Shown here: piece by piece, positions 1 through 8,333 of the stretch
Layout: every line of letters starts with the position of its first letter
How positions within the stretch are numbered: position 1 is the stretch's first letter
DNA from: a virus
Strand: one strand, 5' to 3'
UHGV virus genome: UHGV-0286058
DNA: 30,759 nt
Program-made: the position numbers and the translations under genes
The notes under the pieces: generated by a model
The model's input: only the letters and a program-made list of their open reading frames with translations
Told to the model about the DNA's origin: nothing
Database searches by the model: none

Positions 1-285
1 GTGATAATTCGGGTGGATGTATTCTGCGTGTTCTTTTAAAAACTTTTCAAGTTCAAATCGGGAAAGATTTTTACTAATTAAAACATCCTCGACAACTATT
101 TTTTCAAATCCGCTTGTTTGTGCAGCAATTGCAAATATATCGCGGAGTGTCTGTGATTTCCCACTGTTATTAGGTCCGACAATGATTATTTTATCATTCT
201 CACCAAGATGTATGGTTTTACCACATTTAAATATTATTTTCTTGAAATTAATTGTTGGTAGAGGGAGGGTGTTCGTATAATTCAT
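1..285 (-). CDS. P-loop NTPase, N-terminal 95 aa only (gene runs off the window start)
   Basis: Reverse-strand ATG at 285-283, 2 nt after the int stop; translation MNYTNTLPLPTINFKKIIFKCGKTIHLGENDKIIIVGPNNSGKSQTLRDI... contains Walker A GPNNSGKS. AT-rich compared with flanking phage genes. The plus-strand ORF 17-280 in the track is its antisense shadow. Confidence 0.55.
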   Translation of the reverse strand, partial: MNYTNTLPLPTINFKKIIFKCGKTIHLGENDKIIIVGPNNSGKSQTLRDIFAIAAQTSGFEKIVVEDVLISKNLSRFELEKFLKEHAEYIHPNYH

Positions 286-286
286 A

Positions 287-1294
287 TTATATCTCCTTTA
301 CATATAATGGATTCAAAGTTACAGCATCTTCCAAATGGTTAGGTGCAAAGTGTGAGTAACGCATTGTCATTTTTATATCGGTATGACCGAGTATGCGTTG
401 AAGAACCAGAATATTACCACCATTCATCATAAAGTGACTGGCGAAGGTATGACGCAAAACGTGGGTAAGTTGCCCTGCCGGTAGTTCGATACCTGTTCTT
501 TCCAAAGCAGACCGGAATGCGCCATAGCAATCACTAAACAAACGACCTTTTTTATCATCAGGCAGAGACTCGTAGATCTCTTTGCTGATTGGAACAGTGC
601 GGTTTTTTCTACCTTTCGTGTTGGTGTATGTGATTTTGTATTTTGCGAGCTGGTTTTTTTTCAGACTCTCGGCCTCAGACCACCGTGCGCCAGTGGCGAG
701 ACAGATTCTTACCACAGCTTCTAAATCAGGGTTGCCATGTCGTTTACACTCTCCGAGCAGTTGCGAAATTTGGTCGTGAGTTAGCCAGGCCATTTCCAAT
801 TCTTCTGTGCGGAATGGGCGCATATTTTTCAGTGGGTTTTCACCCTTCCATTCTCCGAGACGGTTTAGTTCATTGAACACAGCCCGGAAGTAGGCCAGCT
901 CAAGGTTAAGAGTGCGAGGCGACACCTCTTTCACTCTGTTTGAACGGGCATACTCACCTTTTAACCGTTTTTCTCGGTAGCGGGAAAACATCTGCGCATC
1001 GAAATCGCGTGCGAGTGGTTCTCCCATACACTCAAAAGCATGGTGTATGGCTAACTGGCGTTTCAAGCCGTCTTTCAGCGTAATACCATGAGCGCTATAC
1101 CATGAATCAACCAGCTCTTTTAACGTGCGCCTGTCTTCCCTTTCTTCCTGCCATGGGTTTTGAACGGTGTACTGTTCAAACGCCAGAGCCTCGCCTTTAG
1201 TTGCGAATTTCTTTCTGATACGTTTGCCTTTTGCACCATTTGGGTAGATCTCACAAATCCAGCCGCCAGCCGGATTTTTACGGACAGTCATCAA
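287..1294 (-). CDS. int: tyrosine integrase (P2/186 type)
   Basis: 335 aa; C-terminal HVLRHTFAS ... LGHTDIKMTMRYSHF matches the tyrosine recombinase R..HxxR..Y catalytic region; position next to cI as in P2/186. Confidence 0.85.
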   Translation of the reverse strand: MMTVRKNPAGGWICEIYPNGAKGKRIRKKFATKGEALAFEQYTVQNPWQEEREDRRTLKELVDSWYSAHGITLKDGLKRQLAIHHAFECMGEPLARDFDAQMFSRYREKRLKGEYARSNRVKEVSPRTLNLELAYFRAVFNELNRLGEWKGENPLKNMRPFRTEELEMAWLTHDQISQLLGECKRHGNPDLEAVVRICLATGARWSEAESLKKNQLAKYKITYTNTKGRKNRTVPISKEIYESLPDDKKGRLFSDCYGAFRSALERTGIELPAGQLTHVLRHTFASHFMMNGGNILVLQRILGHTDIKMTMRYSHFAPNHLEDAVTLNPLYVKEI

Positions 1295-1971
1295 TTAACC
1301 TCGCTGTATACACCCACTACACGGCCAATCGTTTTTATCTCATCTATCCCGCACTCAAACGGTACTTTGCCGCCCGCAACGTGTAACTTTTTGCCGGGTA
1401 GGAGCGTCAATTCTCTGATGCTGGTAGCCCCCTCAATATCAACCAACCAAAGGCCATCAGAAAGTGAGGCATCTTGTTCTATGAAGTGCAGCTTTCCATC
1501 AGCGCGAACAGCAATACCTTTTGACATTTGCTTGCTAAAAAAACTGGCATCAATACTCAATGGTGAATTTTCTTCGAGTTTTCCATCACTCAGAGTGAAT
1601 GAGTCTATCGTTTTCGGAGCCGTTGGAGACGGTTTGCCATCATATTGAGAGCCTTGCCCCGTAAGAAGCCATAGCAGGCTTGCTCCGGTTTCTAGTGCGC
1701 ACTGTACGGCGAAATCATAAGAAACAGTGCCTCGCGTGTAGCGGTTTTGTAGGGAACTGGCGGCAATATTGAAGTGCCGGGCTAGCTGGATTTTTTGAGT
1801 AAAACCATATACTTGACAAATTCTATCCAGTAACTCGTCGTTATTCACCTGAGCATCAAGTATCAAAATATATTCCTTTGGGTATTTACTAATACTCGAT
1901 TGGGTATTAGTATCATTGCTAATTCGGGCAATCAGTGGCATAAGTTGGCAAACAGAGACCATTGATTGCAA
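1291..1971 (-). CDS. cI: CI-type immunity repressor (186 CI-like, HTH N-terminus)
   Basis: Divergent from apl/cII, directly upstream of int; helix-turn-helix-like segment QKIQLARHFNIAASSLQNRYTRG. Track start at 1971 is TTG; true start may be ATG at 1962 or 1941. Confidence 0.6.
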   Translation of the reverse strand: MQSMVSVCQLMPLIARISNDTNTQSSISKYPKEYILILDAQVNNDELLDRICQVYGFTQKIQLARHFNIAASSLQNRYTRGTVSYDFAVQCALETGASLLWLLTGQGSQYDGKPSPTAPKTIDSFTLSDGKLEENSPLSIDASFFSKQMSKGIAVRADGKLHFIEQDASLSDGLWLVDIEGATSIRELTLLPGKKLHVAGGKVPFECGIDEIKTIGRVVGVYSEVN

Positions 1972-1998
1972 ACATTGTCAAAATGGGAATCATGCAAC

Positions 1999-2262
1999 AT
2001 GGCTTCTGAAATCGCAATCATCAAAGTGCCTGCACCTATCGTTACTCTGCAGCAATTCGCAGAGCTTGAGGGTGTTTCTGAACGTACCGCTTACCGTTGG
2101 ACGACCGGCGACAATCCTTGCGTACCAATCGAACCTCGCACTATCCGTAAAGGCTGCAAGAAAGCCGGTGGCCCGATTCGTATTTATTACGCACGCTGGA
2201 AAGAAGAGCAGTTGCGTAAGGCGTTGGGGCATTCCCGTTTTCAACTCGTCATCGGCGCTTAA
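1999..2262 (+). CDS. apl: Apl/Cox-type excisionase and switch regulator
   Basis: 87 aa from ATG 1999 (MASEIAIIKV...), first gene of the rightward operon opposite cI, same position and size as 186 Apl. Confidence 0.55.
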   Translation: MASEIAIIKVPAPIVTLQQFAELEGVSERTAYRWTTGDNPCVPIEPRTIRKGCKKAGGPIRIYYARWKEEQLRKALGHSRFQLVIGA

Positions 2263-2292
2263 TTCACTTTATGTGAATTGTAAGGATGCAGC

Positions 2293-2802
2293 ATGTTTGA
2301 TTTTCAGATTTCCAAACATCCCCACTATGACGAAGCGTGCCGGGCTTTTGCGCAGCGTCACAACATGGCGAAGCTGGCCGAGCGCGCGAGTATGAATGTT
2401 CAGACGTTACGCAACAAACTCAATCCGGAACAGCCTCACCAGTTTACGCCGCCTGAATTGTGGCTGTTGACTGACCTGACCGAAGACTCGACCCTCGTTG
2501 ATGGTTTTCTGGCGCAGATTCATTGCCTACCATGCGTGCCGGTTAATGAGCTGGCTAAAGAAAAATTGCAGTCTTACGTTATGCGCGCAATGCGTGAACT
2601 CGGCGAGCTGGCGAGCGGTGCGGTATCTGATGAGCGTCTGACCACTGCCCGTAAGCACAACATGATTGAAAGCGTTAACTCTGGCATCCGCATGTTGTCA
2701 TTGTCGGCTCTGGCGCTGCATGCGCGTCTGCAGACTAATCCCGCTATGTCGAGTGTGGTCAATACCATGAGCGGTATTGGCGCATCGTTTGGTCTGATTT
2801 GA
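2293..2802 (+). CDS. cII: CII-like lysogeny establishment regulator
   Basis: 169 aa, AAGGA RBS, second gene of the rightward early operon; size and position as 186 CII. Confidence 0.5.
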   Translation: MFDFQISKHPHYDEACRAFAQRHNMAKLAERASMNVQTLRNKLNPEQPHQFTPPELWLLTDLTEDSTLVDGFLAQIHCLPCVPVNELAKEKLQSYVMRAMRELGELASGAVSDERLTTARKHNMIESVNSGIRMLSLSALALHARLQTNPAMSSVVNTMSGIGASFGLI

Positions 2803-2809
2803 GGTGCGT

Positions 2810-3037
2810 ATGCTGAAAGGTGAACCGTCATTCGCGTCTCTGCTTGTTAAGCAAAGCCCTGGCATGAACTACGGACACGGCTGGATCGCAGGTAAGGACG
2901 GCAAGCGCTGGCATCCGAGTCGCTCACAGTCCGAATTATTAAAAGGGCTGAAAACAAAGTCGCCGAAATCGTCAGGTTTTTTAATTGTTCGTATTGTCCA
3001 CTTTGTTATTAAAGGAGTGAAACATGTCACGCGATGA
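2810..3037 (+). CDS. small early protein, function unknown (position of 186 fil/dhr-type genes)
   Basis: ORF in track (GTG 2804, ATG 2810), 1-nt gap after cII, lysine-rich. Confidence 0.35.
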   Translation: MLKGEPSFASLLVKQSPGMNYGHGWIAGKDGKRWHPSRSQSELLKGLKTKSPKSSGFLIVRIVHFVIKGVKHVTR

Positions 3038-3224
3038 ATTAAGAATTGTTTTAGGTGCCATGATTCCAAATATGGAGGAAGGTTTTGAAATTAAAACCCG
3101 CGACGGCGCAATACTTCGCGTTGACCCTGAGTGGGAGTGCTGCAAAGAATTTAAGGATGGATTAAAAGCCGAAATCATCAAGCAGTTAAAAAGCAAACCT
3201 GCTGTTGTATTTGGATACAGTTAA
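3024..3224 (+). CDS. small early protein, function unknown
   Basis: 66 aa ORF with AAAGGAG RBS 7 nt upstream of ATG 3024. Confidence 0.4.
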   Translation: MSRDELRIVLGAMIPNMEEGFEIKTRDGAILRVDPEWECCKEFKDGLKAEIIKQLKSKPAVVFGYS

Positions 3225-3290
3225 TTAATTAAACGTAATTACTTGGCGTAAACCCGCCGGGCTTCTTATTGCCAAAAATCAGGAGGATAT

Positions 3291-3524
3291 ATGAGTCGAA
3301 CTATTTATTTATCAACGCCGAGTAGTGCTGGCGACCACGTGCTGGAGTCTTTGTTTAAAGAAGCCAAAAAAGAAGAGCGCAAAGACCGCGCTCTTGCCGT
3401 TTCAATCCGTCTCGAAGCTCTGGCAGTTCACATTACCAATTCAGATATGACCTGCAAAGAAGCGGCCGAACTTCTGCGCCGCGAAGTAGCCCGCTTTGAG
3501 AACGAATCACAGGAGCTGCACTAA
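3291..3524 (+). CDS. small early protein, function unknown
   Basis: 77 aa ORF with AGGAGG RBS; stop overlaps next start (TAATG). Confidence 0.4.
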   Translation: MSRTIYLSTPSSAGDHVLESLFKEAKKEERKDRALAVSIRLEALAVHITNSDMTCKEAAELLRREVARFENESQELH

Positions 3525-3745
3525 TGGCCGACACAATTGATTTAGCCCAACAGCGTGAGCAGGAAGACCGCGAGCGCTACATCAATAAAGCGCGCAGCCG
3601 TATCGCTGCACCTTCCCGTTTTTTCTGCGAAAAATGTGACGCACCAATCCCGGAAGCTCGCCGCATTGCTATTCCGGGCGTGGATTTGTGCGTGACCTGT
3701 CAGCAAATCGACGAGCTCAAATCTAAGCATTATCGGGGGGTATGA
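3524..3745 (+). CDS. TraR/DksA-family C4 zinc-finger protein
   Basis: 73 aa with CEKCDAPIPEARRIAIPGVDLCVTCQ, a CxxC-N17-CxxC pattern typical of phage TraR/DksA-like proteins; translationally coupled to upstream ORF. Confidence 0.55.
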   Translation: MADTIDLAQQREQEDRERYINKARSRIAAPSRFFCEKCDAPIPEARRIAIPGVDLCVTCQQIDELKSKHYRGV

Positions 3746-3746
3746 A

Positions 3747-5330
3747 TTGGCTGTTCAGTTCGCGTTTCCGTGGAATGCTCCACGGTCGGCAATAACCAGT
3801 CCATATCTTACCTACGACCAACAGTATCGCCGCGACCGTATGTTCGCGGCTTTGCTGCATGCGAGAAAGGTGCTTTCTCTTCAGCCTGAGTGCGTGCGTT
3901 TTGATGTTTATCGAACCGCTGCGGTGCTGGAGAAAAATCAGGGCAGTCAACGAGCCAATGCTTTTTTAATCAGCTTCTGCAAAAAGGCATTGCCGCGTCT
4001 TGAATTGGTCGCAAAAAAATACGAGTGCGTGGGTATTAACAGCAATGTATCTGCCGCTGTTTTCGATGGTCATTTTGATACCCAGCTTATGCAATATCTG
4101 GCGTCACGCATGGTCAATATGGTCGCCAGATTTAACCGCCTCCCGGATATGTCGCGCGCCGATATTGACCTGCTGGCCGCTGATATAGCTAATTTCATTC
4201 GTGCTGAACTGGCTGATATTGATGACACCGGATTTAGCGAACTCAAAACGCTGTACACCTGGTACATGCGCGCCGGTTTTATTTCCCTGCAATTCAACAT
4301 TACACCGCCGAAATGGGAGCGTGTGACTAAAAAATATTTTGGCGAGGATGAAATCGCACCGGCAGTAATGCGTATGTTTAATGAGGTTTGGTGGCGCGAT
4401 CGTTTACGTCGTATTGCGTCTGCGTGGCGCGAACACCTGCACATTGCCGTTGGCAGCGTCAGTAAGAGAAAACACGTCTATGCTAGTAAAAACTGCGTGA
4501 CTGACTGGCGCGAGCAAAAGCGCCGCACGCGCGAATTTCTCAAGGGGCTGGATCTCGAAGACGAAGACGGCAACCGCATTAGCCTGATTGAAAAATACGA
4601 CGGCTCGGTAGCTAATCCAGCAATACGCCGCTGCGAGCTGATGACCCGCATCCGTGGGTTTGAAAACATCTGCAATGAGCTCGGTTATGTCGGTGAGTTT
4701 TACACCCTTACTGCACCGTCTAAATATCACGCCACCACCAAAGCGGGCTACCGTAATAGAAAATGGAACGGTGCCAGCCCGTCGGACACGCAGAGCTATC
4801 TAACCGGCCTATGGGCACGCATACGCGCTAAGCTACACCGGGAAGAAATCCGCATTTTCGGCATCCGTGTTGCCGAGCCTCATCACGACGGAACGCCTCA
4901 CTGGCACATGCTTATGTTCATGTTGCCGGAAGATGTCGAGCGCGTGCGCCTCATCATTCGCGATTATGCGTGGGAGGAAGACCGACACGAGCTGAGAAGT
5001 GATAAGGCCAAAAAGGCACGTTTTCATGCCGAGGCCATTGACCCGGAAAAGGGCAGCGCTACCGGCTATGTTGCTAAATACATTTCCAAAAATATCGACG
5101 GCTATGCTCTCGATGGTGAAACCGATGACGAAAGTGGTGAGTTCCTAAAAGAGACAGCCCCCGCTGTTTCAGCATGGGCGGCGCGCTGGCACATCCGACA
5201 ATTTCAGTTTATCGGCGGTGCGCCTGTGACGGTCTACCGTGAGTTGCGTCGTCTCGCTGATACCGAGACCGCGCACGGTTTGAGTATTGAGTTTGCCGCC
5301 GTTCATGACGCCGCTGATGCCGGTGATTGA
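3747..5330 (+). CDS. A: replication initiator A, catalytic part (HUH rolling-circle endonuclease); ends at an in-frame TGA
   Basis: 527 aa; HUH-like motif PHWHMLMFM and paired tyrosines GYVAKYISK (YxxxY) as in P2 A protein. Track start is TTG. Same reading frame continues into 5379-5963. Confidence 0.75.
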   Translation: MAVQFAFPWNAPRSAITSPYLTYDQQYRRDRMFAALLHARKVLSLQPECVRFDVYRTAAVLEKNQGSQRANAFLISFCKKALPRLELVAKKYECVGINSNVSAAVFDGHFDTQLMQYLASRMVNMVARFNRLPDMSRADIDLLAADIANFIRAELADIDDTGFSELKTLYTWYMRAGFISLQFNITPPKWERVTKKYFGEDEIAPAVMRMFNEVWWRDRLRRIASAWREHLHIAVGSVSKRKHVYASKNCVTDWREQKRRTREFLKGLDLEDEDGNRISLIEKYDGSVANPAIRRCELMTRIRGFENICNELGYVGEFYTLTAPSKYHATTKAGYRNRKWNGASPSDTQSYLTGLWARIRAKLHREEIRIFGIRVAEPHHDGTPHWHMLMFMLPEDVERVRLIIRDYAWEEDRHELRSDKAKKARFHAEAIDPEKGSATGYVAKYISKNIDGYALDGETDDESGEFLKETAPAVSAWAARWHIRQFQFIGGAPVTVYRELRRLADTETAHGLSIEFAAVHDAADAGD

Positions 5331-5378
5331 GCTGGATATGTCAATGCGCAGGGTGGTCCGTTTGTCCGTCGTGATGAT

Positions 5379-5963
5379 TTGCAGGTGCGCACGCTGTATG
5401 AACCGCGCACTGAGTTTAACCAGTATGGTGAGGAAACCGTCTGCATCCGTGGCGTGTACGATTCCTCTGTAGGTTCTGGCACCCCGATTTTAACCAGGCT
5501 AACGCAGTGGAAAATTGTGCCGAAGCGTGCCGTTGATTTGGCCGTTGACGTTAAGGGCGCTCCTGCGCCCTCTCGGAGTTCTGTCAATAACTGTACGAGA
5601 AGCGAAAGCGATCCACCGATACTGGATTTAACAAAACCTCTGAGTCGGCGTGAGAGACGAGAGCTGACCAACCGACTCAGGAAGCAAAAGCCAGCAATAC
5701 GGCGAAAATTCATCCACGGAACGGATGAGCAAAATGCAGCTATAGCGAAAACCATCGACGAGATACATCTGACAACCGGCATCGCAATTAGCCGGGGCGA
5801 AGCCCTGCATCTGATGGCGGGTGGTAAAAGTTGTTATGGCGGTAAGTGGCTACGCGGAACAGCCAAAGGCGAAATATTTTCTGCAGCGCCATCACACCAA
5901 GTTAAAGCTAAGAAAATCCTCAATCGTGTGGCGGCTTTAGCTGAAATGACAACCAAAATGTAA
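5379..5963 (+). CDS. A: replication initiator A, C-terminal part (same frame as 3747-5330, separated only by one TGA)
   Basis: 5379 minus 3747 is divisible by 3; no other stop between 5331 and 5378; combined length 738 codons fits P2/186 A proteins (about 700-760 aa). Confidence 0.55.
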   Translation: MQVRTLYEPRTEFNQYGEETVCIRGVYDSSVGSGTPILTRLTQWKIVPKRAVDLAVDVKGAPAPSRSSVNNCTRSESDPPILDLTKPLSRRERRELTNRLRKQKPAIRRKFIHGTDEQNAAIAKTIDEIHLTTGIAISRGEALHLMAGGKSCYGGKWLRGTAKGEIFSAAPSHQVKAKKILNRVAALAEMTTKM

Positions 5964-6043
5964 CCCTTAATATTTATCCATATCATGTACATACAGCGTA
6001 TTTAATCGTGATTTTTTTCTTCACATCTTTTGTTAATACGTGC

Positions 6044-6063
6044 TACTGTATGTTTATACAGTA
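6044..6063. promoter_or_regulatory. LexA (SOS) operator overlapping the tum promoter
   Basis: TACTGTATGTTTATACAGTA is a perfect CTGT-N8-ACAG palindrome; TTGTTA (-35-like) lies just upstream and TATACA (-10-like) overlaps the box. Confidence 0.75.
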
Positions 6064-6108
6064 TCTCGTAGTGGAGGTTGTGTGGATAGAGAGTTAAGCG
6101 AGCACGTT

Positions 6109-6522
6109 ATGATTGAGCGGGTCGAAATGATTGCGCGTCTGACGGCTGAAGGCGCTTGTAAGGAAAGAGACCGCGAAATCGCATTGAATTTAATTGCGGA
6201 GATAGCAAGAAGGAACTTAATGAAAAACAACTCCTTCTCGGTTGTTTTCTCCCCAACGCCTATTGAAGAACGATTAAAAAGAGGGGGCGAGGTGAGGGTA
6301 AATATCATATTAGATAAAGACCAAAAAATAGGCCAGCCGGTGATTGATGCTTTTCAATGCGAATTGGCTAGGCGAGTACAGTCTATTTTCCCGTCAACGC
6401 GCGTTACAGTTAAAAAGGGATCCATGACAGGTGTGGAGCTGATGGGATTCGATAAAGATTCAGATCGAGAGGCGCTTGATAGTATCCTTCAGGAAGTGTG
6501 GGAGGATGAGAGCTGGCGTTAG
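6109..6522 (+). CDS. tum: Tum-like SOS-inducible antirepressor with DinI-like C-terminal domain
   Basis: C-terminal 80 aa (VRVNIILDKDQ...LDSILQEVWEDESWR) resembles DinI-family proteins; LexA box immediately upstream. Track ORF starts at GTG 6040 inside the operator; in-frame GTG 6082 would give 146 aa, ATG 6109 gives 137 aa. Confidence 0.6.
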   Translation: MIERVEMIARLTAEGACKERDREIALNLIAEIARRNLMKNNSFSVVFSPTPIEERLKRGGEVRVNIILDKDQKIGQPVIDAFQCELARRVQSIFPSTRVTVKKGSMTGVELMGFDKDSDREALDSILQEVWEDESWR

Positions 6523-6605
6523 TTCCTGAAAAATGTACAAACCGTGCCCCCATGTTTGATAGCATGGGGTTGTTTTTTTATGGGGATTACAAACAAAGGA
6601 AAATC

Positions 6606-7337
6606 ATGGATACCGTTATAGCATTTTTATCTCTGGTGCTCTTTCTTGCTTTTATCGTGGGTTTAATCAAGCCGTCGCTGGTTCGAATGCCGAACCGTAA
6701 GCGCTCCAGTGCGGTTTATCTCGGTGGCTGTCTGGCGCTGGGTGTTATTGGCTCAATCTTATGGCCGACTGAAAAAAGTCAGCCTGTGGCAAAAAACGAT
6801 GTACCGGCGGTTAAAGCGGAACCGGCTACGCCAACGTTTGAGTACGCAGATAAAACACTCAAAGAATATCGCAACGAGCCAAAAGAAACCCGGCACGATA
6901 TCGTTAAAGGATATGTTGGCTTCAAAGGTGTACCGGCCAGCTCTGCTGATGCCTTTTATGCCTGTATGAGTGAGTACACTTTTACTAAAGATGATGCGTT
7001 AAAGCTCGGTGATGTGTTGGGGTGGTGTTTTAACGACTTCGAGAAGGATCCACAATCTCTGAATAATAAAATCAACCTTGACGCATTTCAGGGTAATTTC
7101 AGCGGTTGGGATGGCTCTTATCGCCCGTTAGAGATGCTGATAAAAGCCAGCATGAATGATGATTCCTCTTATAAACATGTTTCAACGGTCTACCATCTGA
7201 TTTTGAATAAAGACCCGCATGCCATTGTAAAAACGACGTTTCGCGGCACTAATGCTTATGGTGGCGTGGTCAAACAGACCGTAGCTGCGCGCGTCAACGT
7301 GCGAACGGGTGAGGTCGATTCGATACTCGACAATTAA
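6606..7337 (+). CDS. membrane-anchored accessory protein, function unknown
   Basis: ATG 6606 with AAGGA RBS; N-terminal hydrophobic helices (VIAFLSLVLFLAFIVGLI, AVYLGGCLALGVIGSILW) followed by about 170 aa soluble domain with no motif I recognise. Lies between tum and cos, the position of old/tin in P2. Confidence 0.5.
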   Translation: MDTVIAFLSLVLFLAFIVGLIKPSLVRMPNRKRSSAVYLGGCLALGVIGSILWPTEKSQPVAKNDVPAVKAEPATPTFEYADKTLKEYRNEPKETRHDIVKGYVGFKGVPASSADAFYACMSEYTFTKDDALKLGDVLGWCFNDFEKDPQSLNNKINLDAFQGNFSGWDGSYRPLEMLIKASMNDDSSYKHVSTVYHLILNKDPHAIVKTTFRGTNAYGGVVKQTVAARVNVRTGEVDSILDN

Positions 7338-7446
7338 ATAATATAGTGACAAACGCCGCCGGTGCTGAAACTCGTTTTCCGTGCTGGCGGGGTTGAACAA
7401 CGAGCCTGCGAGGCGTTAGATACATATAATCGAAAGAGGATGGATT

Positions 7447-7995
7447 ATGTCAAAGTTTACAGAGTTGTGCAGCGCATATACTGAGTTTCAGAACAAACTT
7501 TCTGATACTCGACTTGCTGCGTTTAACTTTTCTAGTCTCGTGATTAAAAATTATTTAGATTATCTTGGTATTGATAATGTAGAAACATATAAATTAATCC
7601 CGTTAGATAAAGATGAAAAACTAAATACGAAATATACACCCGCTGGAGCTACTCATTTAGGGGATGATGGGTTCTGGCATTTAGGATTTGTATTGACTGT
7701 CTATAAAGACTCTAATACTTACCCGCAGTCGCCTTTCCAAATAGATTTCAAATTCAGAAAAAATGATGATGGCTCATATACATTTGGTGTTGATAGCATA
7801 GATTTTGCAACAAAAATTACCTCTCTCAGTAACTCAAATGAATTCACACCTGTATTTGATAAAATTCAAGAGTGCATTCTAGGGCACTTTAAAGAATTTG
7901 AAGACTTTCTTGTTGGTAAGCATGACAAGATGTCATCCATTGGATTCATTCAAGAAGGTATTTTTGCGAAAATTAACAGCGAAAAAAATGCGTAA
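7447..7995 (+). CDS. AT-rich accessory protein, function unknown
   Basis: 182 aa, AGAGGA RBS, visibly lower GC than neighbours, followed by hairpin plus T-run; no transmembrane segment, no recognisable motif. Confidence 0.55.
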   Translation: MSKFTELCSAYTEFQNKLSDTRLAAFNFSSLVIKNYLDYLGIDNVETYKLIPLDKDEKLNTKYTPAGATHLGDDGFWHLGFVLTVYKDSNTYPQSPFQIDFKFRKNDDGSYTFGVDSIDFATKITSLSNSNEFTPVFDKIQECILGHFKEFEDFLVGKHDKMSSIGFIQEGIFAKINSEKNA

Positions 7996-8013
7996 AGAGT
8001 ACACAAGTAAATG

Positions 8014-8038
8014 ATGCATGCCTTAGGTGCATTTTTTT
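8014..8038 (+). terminator. putative intrinsic terminator after the accessory gene
   Basis: ATGCATGCC-TTA-GGTGCAT stem-loop followed by TTTTTTT. Confidence 0.4.
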
Positions 8039-8138
8039 GCATGCCCCAGCCGTGCCAGTTCTGAGCGTATACTGTCAGAGCTGGCGCGGATCCAGAGTAG
8101 TCATGCAACTGCATTAAAACCGACACATAAAGCGGGCA

Positions 8139-8157
8139 GGCGTGGCGGGGAAAGCAT
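8139..8157. other. cos cohesive-end site (186/P2 type)
   Basis: GGCGTGGCGGGGAAAGCAT, recalled as the 19-nt cohesive end of 186 (P2 differs at two positions); located just outside portal gene Q as in P2. Confidence 0.5.
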
Positions 8158-8333
8158 TGCGCGCCAGCGGTGGTGCGTAATAATAAAAATTATCCTCTGA
8201 GCGCGTCGTGATGGCGCTGTCGTGGATGCTGTAGGCTCGTTGGTGGTCTGGTGTAGCCGTGCGCGTGTGGTGCGTCTGAGGCGTGATGATGGCGGGGTAT
8301 GAAAAAGCCGCCATGCTGGCGGCTTGAGGGGGA

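Noticed and set aside
17-280. Plus-strand 87-aa ORF at the window start
   Set aside because: The opposite strand encodes a convincing P-loop ATPase N-terminus with Walker A motif and proper start codon; the plus-strand ORF is its antisense shadow.
582-1648. Plus-strand ORFs (582-779, 643-876, 1160-1648) overlapping int and cI
   Set aside because: Antisense to well-supported integrase and repressor genes; no RBS and low-complexity translations.
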